This document shows positions 10,670 through 19,729 of a stretch of DNA of 20,000 nucleotides, piece by piece. A model generated the notes under the pieces. That model was given only the letters and a program-made list of their open reading frames with translations, had not been told where the DNA came from and made no database searches. The stretch spans positions 61,889-81,888 of the forward strand of contig JAXLNO010000058.1 of assembly GCA_038087875.1 (NCBI GenBank). The letters run 5' to 3'. A program made the translations under genes and the position numbers. Numbering within the stretch: the first letter of the stretch is position 1; the number at the start of each line of letters is the position of its first letter. The DNA is from Malacoraja senta (Eukaryota).

Positions 10670-12157
10670 CAAGAATCAAGAATCAAGAGAGTTTATTGTC
10701 ACGTGTCCATGATAGGACAATGAAATTCTTGCTTTGCTTCAGCACAACAGAACATAGTAGGCATTGACTACAAAACAGAACAGTGTGTCCATATACCATT
10801 ATCTACGTAAAAAGTACAAATAACAGATAATGGACTATTAATGTTCAGAGTTTTGTCTGAGCCAAGTTTAAAAGCCTGATGGCTGTGGGGAAGTAGCTAT
10901 TCCTGAACCTGGTCATTGCAGTCTTCAGGCTCCTGTACCTTCTACCTGAAGGTAGCTGGGAGATGAGTGTGTGGCCAGGATGGTGTGGTTCATTGCTGAT
11001 ATTGCCAGCCTTTTTGAGGCAACGACTGCGATAGATCCCCTCGATGGAAGGGACGTGAGAGCCGATGATGGACTGGGCAGTGTTTACTACTTTTTGTAGT
11101 CTTTTCCTCTCCAGGGCGCTCAAGTTGCCGAACCAAGCCACACTGCAACCGGTCAGCATGCTCTCTACTGTGCACCTGTAGAAGTTAGAGAGCGTCCTCC
11201 TTGACAAACTGACCCTCCGTAATCTTCTCAGGAAGTAGAGGCGCTGATGTGCTTTCTTAATAATTGCATCAGTGTTCTCGGACCAGGAAAGATCTTCAGA
11301 GATGTTCACGCCAAAGAATTAGAACCTCTTGACCCTTTCAACCATCGACCCAAACGGGACTGTGGGTCCCCATCCTACTCCTTCCAAAGTCCACAATCAG
11401 TTCCTCGGTTTTGCTGGTGTTGAGGGCCAAGTTATTGTGCTGGCACCATATGGACAGTTGCTCGATCTCTCTTCCATACTCTGACTCATCCCCATCAGTG
11501 ATAGGTCCCACAACAGTGGTGTCGTCAGCGAATTTGATGATGGAGTTCGCACTATGAATGGCTACGCAGTCATGAGTATAGAGTGAGTACAGCAGGAGGC
11601 TGAGCACGCAGCCTAGAGGTGCTCCCGTGCTGATTGTTATCCAGTCTGACACATTTCCACCAATACGAACAGACTGTGGTCTGTGAATGAGGAAGTCGAG
11701 GATCCAATTGCAGAGGGATGCGCAGAGACCCAGTTCTGCGAGTTTGATAGCCAGCTTGGAGGGGATGATTGTATTAAATGCCGAGCTGTAATCAATGAAT
11801 AACAGCCTGACATATGAATTTGTGTTGTCCAAGTGGTCCAGAGCGGAGTGGAGGACCAGCGAGATCGCATCCACCGTTGATCTGTTGTGGCGGTAATCGA
11901 ACAGCAGTGGGTCCAGGTTTTTGTCGAGGTAGGAGTTGATTTCCGCCATGATCAACCTCTCAAAGCACTTCATCACCACAGGCGTTAGTGCCACTGGTCG
12001 ATAGTCATTGAGGCACGTCACTTACTCATCGTGGGCACCGGTATAATTGATGCCCTTTTGAAGCAGGTGGGAACCTCGAACCTCAGAAGTGAGAGGTTGA
12101 AAATATCCGTAAAAAGTCCAGCCAGTTGGTCCGCACAGGTTTTTTCGAACACGACCA
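10670..12157 (-). mobile_element. 5'-truncated Rex1/Babar LINE (RT domain, C-terminal region, 3' UTR, (TTCTTGA)n tail), frameshifted
   Basis: ORF 11338-12021(-) has [43 protein letters not shown] and [13 protein letters not shown] 10845-11309(-) has ISEDLSWS..KKAHQRLYFLRRLR..FYRCTVES..LPSGRRYRSL..RFRNSYFPTAIRLLN. Upstream sequence translates to [18 protein letters not shown]. Tail CAAGAATCAAGAATCAAGA at 10670, with TTTATT (AATAAA on -) just after it. Confidence 0.94.
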
Positions 12158-12300
12158 GTTCGAATTGGAGTTGGAGTTCGAGATAGAGTTCGAGTTCGAA
12201 ATAGCGTACGTGTTCGAGTTCGATTTCTAATTCGAGTTCGAGTTCGATTTCGAGATAGAGTTCGAGTTCGAGTTGAATGAATGAATACGAATACGAGTAC
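12158..12300. repeat. Terminal (TTCGAG)n satellite segment ending in a cassette stub (GAATGAATGAATACG)
   Basis: TTCGAG units resume immediately after the Rex1 5' truncation point. Confidence 0.9.

Positions 12301-12392
<92 letters not shown>
12301..12392. repeat. (GA)n microsatellite
   Basis: Near-perfect GA dinucleotide run. Confidence 0.98.
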
Positions 12393-12396
<4 letters not shown>

Positions 12397-12405
12397 TTTC
12401 GAGAT

Positions 12406-12598
12406 TGTTAATTTGTAGTCCTTATAATAACAATGGCCTTACACCATGTCAGGTTATATAGAGTTTATTGGTTACAAGCACTACAACTTCTCACTTAGGA
12501 GTTCAATTTAAGACTAACGGAATGCAGCAGACCGTGACGCTAACAAGCTAGTGGGCGTAACTACAAATGCAAGACATAGCATGAGCCACGAATCTACA
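12406..12598 (-). repeat. 3' LTR (~190 bp)
   Basis: The - strand begins TGTAGATT at 12598 directly after the PPT, contains AATAAA (12464-12469) and ends CA at 12406 (alternative end 12414, which gives TGTAG...CTACA termini). Its end aligns to 16682-16721. Confidence 0.8.
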
Positions 12599-12610
12599 TC
12601 CCCCTCTTAA
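12599..12610 (-). other. Polypurine tract
   Basis: The - strand reads AAGAGGGGGA immediately before the TG of the 3' LTR. Confidence 0.8.
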
Positions 12611-12689
12611 AGAATCAATAATGATGTATATCCATAACTAAGCAAAGCAAATATCACAACCGATGATAGACTGGTGGAAAGTGAAACAT

Positions 12690-13230
12690 AGTCCGGATAC
12701 ATCACGACCGGCCTGCAAACACGACCGGGACGTGTACGATAAAGGCCATCTCCATTCTTTTTCTCTGGGGAAAGAGCAGGCGATGTCACCGCCGTGGGGG
12801 AGTGGACAAACGTCCCTGGAGACGCAGGAGACTGTGGCGCAGGCGAAAATGGAACAGACAGAGGAACTGCCGCAGGCATGGATTGTTGTGCTGGCAAGAG
12901 CATGCGGGGGTCACTAGATGCAGATTGAAATGAACTTGTACGATCCGGATAATAAGGAGGAGGGATTGACTCGTTCACAGGCAGAAAATGTTGCATCAGT
13001 AGGTGCCGCCATCGGCTCTAACATTGGACCAGCGTGGCTCCGAAGCGGGACCAGACACCACCCCAATACGATCGTGGCCTTTGCCAGTCTGTAAGAGGAC
13101 CATCTGTCCTTTGGTCAATGGTGGCATTGGCTTACTCGTCTTGTCGAACCATATCTTTTGAACGTCACGCTTTTGTTGCAATCTGGATTGAACCTCCTTT
13201 GGCGGAAACACATGTGGGGTTAATGTTTGC
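12690..13230 (-). pseudogene. Gypsy integrase C-terminal remnant and low-complexity pol tail
   Basis: LTPHVFPPKEVQSRLQQKRDVQKIWFDKTSKPMPPLTKGQMVLLQ...GVVSGPASEPRWSNVRADGGTY, followed by a P/S-rich stretch ending YRTRPGRVCRPV. This is typical of K02A2.6-like pol C-termini. Confidence 0.72.
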
Positions 13231-13863
13231 TCGCTACGGGCAGCGTGGAGGAGGAGAGAGAAGATAGGGAGAGAGAGGAGGAGAGAGAAGGGAGAGAGAG
13301 AAGGGAGAGAGGGAAGAGGCGAGAGAAAAGTGGGAGACGGGAGCGTGGGGTTCATTTTCCCACACAAGCCATAGGTGACTGGGCAATCTGAACCCAAGCA
13401 CCAAGTTGAAAGCGGTCGAATGTGTGCATTCCTCGGAACAGCAGCCATTCTCGCACGGCTACCCTCCGTGGGCTGCGGGTCGGGTGGAGCGGAGGTTTGG
13501 GACAATGTTCATGCCTTCACAGTGATGTGATGGACGCGGGGGTCTGGACAAATCGCTGACAAGTCCGTTATTGGACTTTTCTGTTGAGCGGCAGTCGGTC
13601 CTTAGGCTTGTTGGCGCCTTTCGGGTAGGTGGCGTTTTGACAGAACGGCCATTTGGTAAGATTGCTTTTCGGCGTCGCAGCGTTTCGGTTCGTTGGCTTT
13701 TAGGTGTCCCGCCCTTTCGGTTAGTTTGCACTTAGGCATCCAGTCCTTTCGGTTAGTAGGCGTTTCGTCTTCGGACCCTTTCGGTTTATTGGCGCTTCGG
13801 CCTCGTTTCCATTCGGTTCTTTGGCTTCGACTTCTTTGCTTCGGCTTCTTGTCTGTCGGCGCC
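13230..13863. mobile_element. Foreign insert in the Gypsy integrase; probably one end of a DNA transposon with subterminal tandem repeats (Foldback/MULE-like)
   Basis: Pol homology stops after VKHGWPDDTQ (~13866) and resumes at ~13230. The insert has a GA-rich patch (13248-13340) and a 16-bp periodic TTCGG array (13620-13816), and ends in GGCGCC. Superfamily call is inference. Confidence 0.5.
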
Positions 13864-13865
13864 AC

Positions 13866-15720
13866 GTCTGGGTATCATCTGGCCAGCCGTGCTTAACGAC
13901 AGAAGTTAGCGACCGTAGGGTCTTGTCGGTGGCAGTCTGGGCAACCAGGTCCTCCATCCAAGATGAAGGGATGAAGGATACAGTCATCACGATAAAGTCA
14001 TCATCCTGCCAGGGCAGATCCTCGCAGGTCGTCCGAGATGAATGTGAAAGAGTGTCCGCCAGGTGCATATCCATTCCACGTTTGCAGGTCAGGACGATGT
14101 CCTATTTGTGAAGTTGTAGTAACATCTGTTGTGGGCGCGCTGGAGGGTTATGAATAGGTTTATTGAAAATGCTGATAAGAGGTTGGTGGTCGGTTTTAAT
14201 TGTAATTGTGCGACCAAAGATGAAGTCGTTTAACTTTTTGCAGGCGAACACAACCGCAAACAGCTCTTCTATTTGGGCGAATCGTTGTTCTGTATCAAAC
14301 ATGGTTCGCGAGGCCTAGGCGACAGGTTTATTGCCATGGCCATCATTCTGAAGATATGCAGCGCGTAGCCCATGTTGTGAGGAGGCACATGGCACATGGC
14401 AGTAATTGGCAGTCTAGGATCAAACTACGCTAGAGTAGGGGTGGCCGACATCTGCCGTTTAAGTGTGTCAAATGCTGTCTGTTGTTGCTCATGCCAGGTC
14501 TAAGCAGATTCGTTGTTTGTGAGATGGCGCAATGGGGCTGATATTTTGCTGAAATCTGGAATGAATTTGCTCAAATATTTAGCCATGCCAAGGGACCTCT
14601 GTAAACTGAGCCATATGTGGGTGCTGGAAGCTCATTAATTGCACTGGTTTTCGCTGGATCCATTTTTAGGCCGTCTTTGGTAAATATATGGCCTAAGTAT
14701 TTTACCTCGTTCACTCTGAATTTGCATATTTTAGGATTTAGCTTGAGATGGATTGCCTCTGCACGCCTCAATACTTTTGTCAGATTGGTATCGTGCTCCT
14801 TGACCGTTTTACCAGCAATGAGGATATCGTCCACTACGATGGAGCATGGGTATCCTGCAAACAATTGTTCCATGGATTGTTGAAATACTTCACTGGCAGA
14901 ACTTATACCAAAAGGCATCCTCAGAAATTTATGACGTCCGAACGGAGTACTGAAAGTTGTCAACTTGGAGGAGTTATGTTCCAGTTGAATCTGCCAGAAT
15001 GAGCTCTTGGCATCTTGCACTGTGAATATAGTTGCTTTAGCCATATGCGCCGCAAACTCGTCCACAGAGCACATAGGATAACGTGCCGTTTAATTTCTGT
15101 ATTTAGGTCCTTGGGGTTGATACAAATCCGTATCTCATCTGTTATTCTTATAAGCGACAACCATTGTGGAGACCCAGTCCGAGGGGTCAGTTACGGGAGT
15201 AATCACATCCAGTCACCATTCTGTTAAGTTCACTTTGAACGCGATCCCGCATAGCGTGGGGAATCTTGTGAGGCGGACGAACAACTGGGATTGCCTCAGT
15301 GACAATAGTAATCGTGGATCTAACAGGCAACTTGCCCAGCTTATCATTAAACAAATCTTTGTATTGTGTTAGAATTTGATGTGTAAAATCATAGTCTGTA
15401 GACAGTGGACAGACAGAAGGGCCGAAAGAAACCAAACCCATGTCTAGGCATGCATCGGCACCCAGTATGGATGGTACCTTCTCGCGTACCACGTAGAAAT
15501 CCAGGATGTGGTCACGTGAGTTGTGACAGCAACGTAACTCTACTTGGCCGATAGGGTGTAGTCGAGAACCATCAGATGAGACAAGTGATGCAGTTGTATG
15601 AGTTAAAGTTTCTGTGTTTTTCAGCATCTGGAACAGAGCCAAAGAGATTACATTGCAGCGCGCCCCCGTCGACCTTGAGATAAAGGGTTCTGCCATTAAT
15701 AAGCAATTCAACCTTGGGAT
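13866..15720 (-). pseudogene. Gypsy pol remnant: aspartic protease, reverse transcriptase, RNase H and pre-integrase linker
   Basis: Protease: LYLKVD / TGARCNVIS (frameshifted)...ILGADACLDMGL. RT: IRICINPKDLN, FTVQDAKSSFWQI, TTFSTPFGRHKFLRMPFGISSASEVFQ, IVVDDILI, VKYLGH. RNase H: TEQRFAQIE.ELFAVVFAC..TDHQPL. Linker: HLADTLS...TATDKTL...VKHGWP. Confidence 0.92.
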
Positions 15721-15799
15721 CTAGCCGGTTGGGCACTGAATTAGACAAAGCATTTACATCAATCTCTGCACTATCGCCATCTGTTTGTACATCCATGGG

Positions 15800-16600
15800 A
15801 ACTAGGTGTGCGAACTCTCATTTGAAATCTGCCACTGCGTGAACGACAGCATTTGACGAAATTGTTTCTTTTATTGCAGAATCGACAGTTTTCCATACGC
15901 GAACTGCAATATGTGAACCCCCACAGTTAAAACAATTAGCGATCAATCTTAGGTTATTAGCTGCCCCCTGTGACGAGCGAGCAGGAGTTTGATAAGACAA
16001 GCTGGCCGCATTAACTTCACGGGCAGCAGAGTGTCCAAGAGATTGAATGTGAGCATTAGTCAGTTCAGCTATGCGACAGCGGTTTTCAACAGCCGCTAAA
16101 GTCAGGTCAACTTCCTGCAGTAATTCATCGCGTCATTCATCATTCAATATGCCATGGATTAAGCGGTCCCGTACAAGACTATATTGAATCTCCCTGAAAT
16201 CGCATCGACTAGCGACATGCTTCAGCGCATTAACATGTGGTTCAACAGGTTCTCCTTGTTTTTGACTTTGAAAATAATTATGGCGTTCCATGCTTACATT
16301 AATTTGTAACTCACATAATTGTCAGAATTTACGTAGGAGACATTCAGGATCACGGCGAGACTCCGCAGCAATTTGATCACCGTTGGCATCAACTCTAGCC
16401 GGTGCATGGTGAAATCTTCAGGCACGACGAGCAGCCTCAGTGCCTGCCAAATTGAGAAGAATTAATGCACGAAGAGCGGGATCAGCAGCAGGAAATGCAG
16501 CCTCAACGTAGATTGAAAAATCCTCTTCAAACACAAGCCATCGCTCTGCAAGATCTGCATCGAACACCAAGATCCCTGGCTTCCTGAGAGCAGAAGCCAT
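15800..16600 (-). pseudogene. Gypsy gag remnant
   Basis: MASALRKPGILVFDADLAERWLVFEEDF...LILLNLAG begins ~70 bp downstream of the PBS. A zinc-knuckle remnant CFNCGGSH lies at ~15915-15940. Stops and frameshifts in between. Confidence 0.8.
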
Positions 16601-16668
16601 TATCCACAGTAGAAAAATAACAAACCAAGATTTTTAAAAAATAGAATCAATTGAGGAGTAAGTCCGTA

Positions 16669-16681
16669 CACTCTGACATCA
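16669..16681 (-). other. Primer-binding site remnant, tRNA-Leu-like
   Basis: The - strand reads TGATGTCAGAGTG directly after LTR-terminal CTACA, resembling TGGTGTCAG(A/G)AGTG, the complement of the tRNA-Leu 3' end. Confidence 0.65.
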
Positions 16682-16740
16682 TGTAGATTGATGTCCTTTT
16701 AATAAGAGTAGCCTTACATCAAGATAAGGATTCTAAGGAT
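16682..16740 (-). repeat. Truncated 5' LTR stub
   Basis: The + strand TGTAGATTGATGTCCTTTTAATAAGAGTAGCCTTACATCA aligns with 12406-12446 (24/29 identical in the core). Homology is lost where the GA-rich tract begins. Confidence 0.65.
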
Positions 16741-16747
16741 AAGTACA

Positions 16748-17693
16748 TGGAGGGCGAGGGGGAGACGGGGAGGTAGAGGGAGAGACGGGGAGGGGAGGGA
16801 GGAAGAGGTGTGGGAGAGAGGGGGGCAGGGAAGGGACGGGAGAGAGCGACGGGTAGGGTAAGAGAAAGTGGGAGGGAGGGGGAGAGAGAGGGACTGGAAC
16901 AGAGAGAGCGATGGAGAGAGAGGGAGAGATACAGTGAGAGTAAGAGCGAGAGAGACGGGGAGGGGAGGGAGACTGGGAGGGGAGGAAGAGAGATAGACGG
17001 AGAGGGAGAGAGAATGAGACGGAGAGAGAGTGATGCGGAGAGAGGAGGGAGAGAGACGCGGAGGGAGAGAGATAGACGGGGAGGGAGAGAGATAGACGGG
17101 GAGGGAGAGAATGAGACTGAGAGAGAGTGATGCGGAGAGAGGAGGGAGAAAGACGCGGAGGGAGAGAAAGACGGGAGTGGAGGAGAGAAATAGACTGGGA
17201 GGGAAGGGAGAGATAGTGAGAGAGACGGGAAAGGGAGGGAGACGGGTGGGGGTAGAGAGAGAGAGAGAAACGGGCAGGAGAGGAAAGAGAGACGGGGGAG
17301 GGGAGTGAGAGATAGGCGGGGAGAGAGAGACGGGTAGAGGAGGTAGAGAGAAACAGGTATGAAAGGGAGAGAGAGACGGGGATGAAGGGAGAGAGAGAGA
17401 TGGGTAGGGAGAGAGGGAGATGGGTAGGGAGAGAGAGGGAGATGGGGAGGTGAGGGAGAAAGACGGGTGGGGGAGATAGAGACGCTGAGGGAGAGAGGCA
17501 CGGGGGTGGATATAGATAGGACAAGAAAGAATGAGACGGGGAGACAGAGAGAGAGAGACGGGGAGATGGAGAGAAAGAGACGGGTGTGGGGGTAGTGAGA
17601 GATTGGGAGGGGAGGGAGAGAGAGCGAGAGCGGGAGAGAGCGGGATTGACAGCGAGAGACGGGGGGAGAGAGAGCGGGAGAGAGAGAGAGAGA

Positions 17694-17746
<53 letters not shown>

Positions 17747-17757
17747 AGAGAGAGAGA
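16748..17757. repeat. Purine-rich low-complexity/minisatellite tract (GAGAGACGGG-type units) ending in (GA)n
   Basis: About 1 kb almost entirely G/A on the + strand, with an internal duplication at ~16990-17170. Confidence 0.95.
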
Positions 17758-17965
17758 TGATGACCCTTTGTCGGTACTGGGCTTGTACCCACTGGAGTTT
17801 AGAAGAACGAGGGCGGACCTCAATGAAACGTTTGTCATTTGGCCAGACATTTAGACAGGTACATGGATAGGACATGTTTAAAGGTATATTTACAGGTGCC
17901 CTCCCCTTATTCCCGCATTTACAGGTGCCCTCCCTTAAATCTAAGTGGTAGATTTGCTGCCTCAA
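17757..17965 (+). repeat. Chimeric cassette copy 1 (CR1 ORF2 pieces + ACAGGTGCCCTCCC doublet + SINE head)
   Basis: LSVLGLYPLEFRRTRADLNET (CR1-like) is fused to RHLDRYMDR (CR1 ORF2 end), followed by TTTACAGGTGCCCTCCC twice and then GTGGTAGATTTGCTGCCTCA. Confidence 0.75.
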
Positions 17966-18040
17966 GGGCCAGAGACCCCAGTTCGATCCTGATCACGGGC
18001 GGGATCTGTACAGAGTTTGCACTTTCTCCCCGCGACCTGC
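17945..18040 (+). mobile_element. tRNA-derived SINE 5' fragment (HE1/V-SINE-like)
   Basis: GTGGTAGATTTGCTGCCTCA..GCCAGAGACCCCAGTTCGATCCTGA has a B-box-like GTTCGATCC and is followed by TCTGTACAGAGTTTGCACTTTCTCCCCGCGACCTGC, resembling the V-SINE central domain (recognised from memory). Confidence 0.7.
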
Positions 18041-18103
18041 CTCGGGCCGGCACGGTGCCTCCAACTCTCCCCCCTCCGCTCTCTCTCCCTATCCAGCCGA
18101 TAT

Positions 18104-18360
18104 AGATTGAAGGGGAAGGGGAAAATATTTAATAGGGACCTGAGGGTTCCTACATTTCCACACAGAGGGTGGTGGGTTGTATGGATCAGCTACCGGAAGA
18201 TGTATTTTAGGAAGGGATTATCACAACGTTTGGACAGGTACAGGGATAGGACAGGTTTGGAGGGATATGGGCCAAACGCGGGCAGGTGGAATAAGTGTAG
18301 ATGGGGCATGTTGGTCAGTCTGGGCAAGTTGACCGAAGGACCAGTTTCCATGTTGTGTTA
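18104..18360 (+). mobile_element. CR1 LINE 3' end fragment
   Basis: LKGKGKIFNRDLR...(CACACAGAGGGTGGTG)...LDRYRDRTGLEGYGPNAGRW and a 3' UTR TGGGGCATGTTGGTC...GGGCAAGTTGACCGAAGGACCAGTTTCCATG match the CR1 ORF2 end and UTR pattern. Confidence 0.8.
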
Positions 18361-18718
18361 CATCCCCACCCCTCTCCCCCCCTCTCCGTCACTTTCTCGG
18401 TCTCCCCATCACTCTCTCCTCACACTCTTCCCCCGTCCCGTCTCTCCCTCCCTCTCGCCCTCTAACTCGTTATCTCTCCCTGTCTCTCCCTCCATCCCCC
18501 CTTTCTCTCTCCTCTCTCCCCATCTCTCTCTCCCTCCCCGTTTCTCTATCTGTTCCTCACCCCGTCGTCCTCTCCCCACCTCTACCTCCCCGTCTCTCCC
18601 TCTCTCTCCCCGTCTCTCTCTACTTCCCCCTCACTCTCTCTCCCTCCGTCACTCTCTCTCCCTCCGTCCCTCCCCGTCTCTCTCCCTCTGCCCCCGAGCC
18701 CCTCCCCACAGTCGGTGA
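18361..18718. repeat. Pyrimidine-rich low-complexity tract (CCCGTCTCTC units, reverse complement of the flanking GA tracts)
   Basis: Directly visible. Confidence 0.92.
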
Positions 18719-18750
18719 CCCCTCCCACATGCAGCCCCATGTGGGAGGGG

Positions 18751-19065
18751 AGGGGAGGGGAGGATGAGAAAGAGAGAGACGTAGAGGGGTGAGAGAGAGA
18801 GAGGGAGGGGATGAGAGAGAGGGGCGGCAGAGAAAGAGAGAGGAGACGGAGTGAGACGGGGAGGAGAGAGAGGAGACGGGGAGAGCCACGTGGAGGGAGA
18901 GAGAGATGGTGAGGGAGGGATAGAGAGACATGGGGAGGGGGAGGGAGAGAAAGTAAGAGAGTGACGGGGGAGGTGAGGGAGGGACGGGGATGGGAGGGAG
19001 AGTGAGTCGGGGAGGGAGAGAGATAGAGACGGGTAGGGAAGGAGAAAGAGACGGGTAGAGAAGGT
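18751..19065. repeat. Purine-rich GAGAGACGGG-type tract
   Basis: Directly visible. Confidence 0.92.
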
Positions 19066-19247
19066 AGAAGAACGAAGAGGTCAATGAAACAACGTTAAGT
19101 CATTTGGCCAGATACATTTGGCCAGACATTTTGACAGGTACATGGATAGGACAGGTTTAAAGGTATAATTACAGGTGCCCTCCCTAATTCTCTCATTTAC
19201 AGGTGCCCTCCCTTAAATCCAAGTGGAATTTGCTGCCTCACAGCGAG
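19065..19247 (+). repeat. Chimeric cassette copy 2
   Basis: AGAAGAACG...TCAATGAAAC...CATTTGGCCAGA (duplicated)...GACAGGTACATGGATAGGACAGGTTTAAAGGTATA...ACAGGTGCCCTCCC twice...TTTGCTGCCTCA, collinear with 17800-17965. Confidence 0.85.
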
Positions 19248-19300
19248 AGATGGGGAGAGATGTGGTAAAGAGGAGAGGGTAGAGAGAGAGAGAAATAGCA

Positions 19301-19336
<36 letters not shown>

Positions 19337-19376
19337 GAAGAGAGGGAGAGAGAGAGTGAGAGAGAGAAGAGAGAGA

Positions 19377-19430
<54 letters not shown>

Positions 19431-19447
19431 GAGAGAGAGACAGAGAA

Positions 19448-19497
<50 letters not shown>

Positions 19498-19585
19498 GGA
19501 TGGAGAGAGAAGGATGGGTAGGGGAGGAGAGAGAGTGGAAGGCGTGGGAGAGAGAGCGAGACGGGAAGTGGAGAGAGTGAGAGAT
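19248..19585. repeat. (GA)n-rich tract
   Basis: Directly visible, with long GA runs at 19300-19496. Confidence 0.95.
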
Positions 19586-19595
19586 GGGGTCTCGC

Positions 19596-19686
19596 CTGAA
19601 GAACGGTCTCGACCCGAATGTCGCATTCATTCACCCCAGAGAATCTGCATGCCCGCTGAGTTACGCCAGAATTGTGTGTGTCTATG
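19596..19686 (+). mobile_element. Degenerate short interspersed repeat with a minimal hammerhead-ribozyme-like core (Penelope-like element derived)
   Basis: CTGAAGA-AC-GGTC-TC-GACC-CGAATGTC...CCAGAGA..TGC..GCCCGCTGAGTTACGCCAG..TTGTGTGTGTCTAT resembles a chondrichthyan repeat I recall as CTGAAGAAGGGTCTCGACCCGAAACGTC...GCTGAGTTACTCCAGC. Confidence 0.6.
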
Positions 19687-19729
19687 TTAGACCAAGTTGT
19701 CGTGGCCAGGTTAATAAAATGTGCTCAAC

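Larger units (their letters stand above)
12406..16740 (-). mobile_element. Decayed Ty3/Gypsy LTR retrotransposon (K02A2.6/Mag-like) with gag-PR-RT-RH-IN order, PBS, PPT, a full 3' LTR and a truncated 5' LTR
   Basis: Domain motifs occur in Gypsy order on the - strand, with multiple stops and frameshifts. LTR termini, PPT and PBS are listed separately. Confidence 0.92.

Noticed and set aside
422..10712. Numerous ORFs rich in SN, LE, RV/RD or FIHS repeats
   Set aside because: They are translations of the TTCGAG and GAAT repeats, which are stop-poor in several frames. Many begin at non-ATG codons and none shows domain signal.
1..12300. Telomeric or variant-telomere array
   Set aside because: TTCGAG differs from TTAGGG at two positions and has no G-run, and no (TTAGGG)n tract is visible. 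A subtelomeric location cannot be judged from this window.
12607..15372. Overlapping + strand and alternative-frame ORFs within the Gypsy element and its insert
   Set aside because: Antisense or off-frame shadows of pol, or chance ORFs across the periodic insert, with no independent motifs.
12406..16740. Intact or domesticated gag/pol gene
   Set aside because: Multiple stops and frameshifts in every domain and loss of the integrase core.
16714..17965. Long 357-410 aa S/L/P-rich ORFs in all three - frames (and similar ORFs at 18017-19634)
   Set aside because: CT-only sequence cannot encode stop codons, so being open in all frames indicates a low-complexity artefact.
17945..18000. tRNA gene
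   Set aside because: Only a B-box-like GTTCGATCC and a partial A-box are present, no cloverleaf could be built, and the sequence continues into SINE body.
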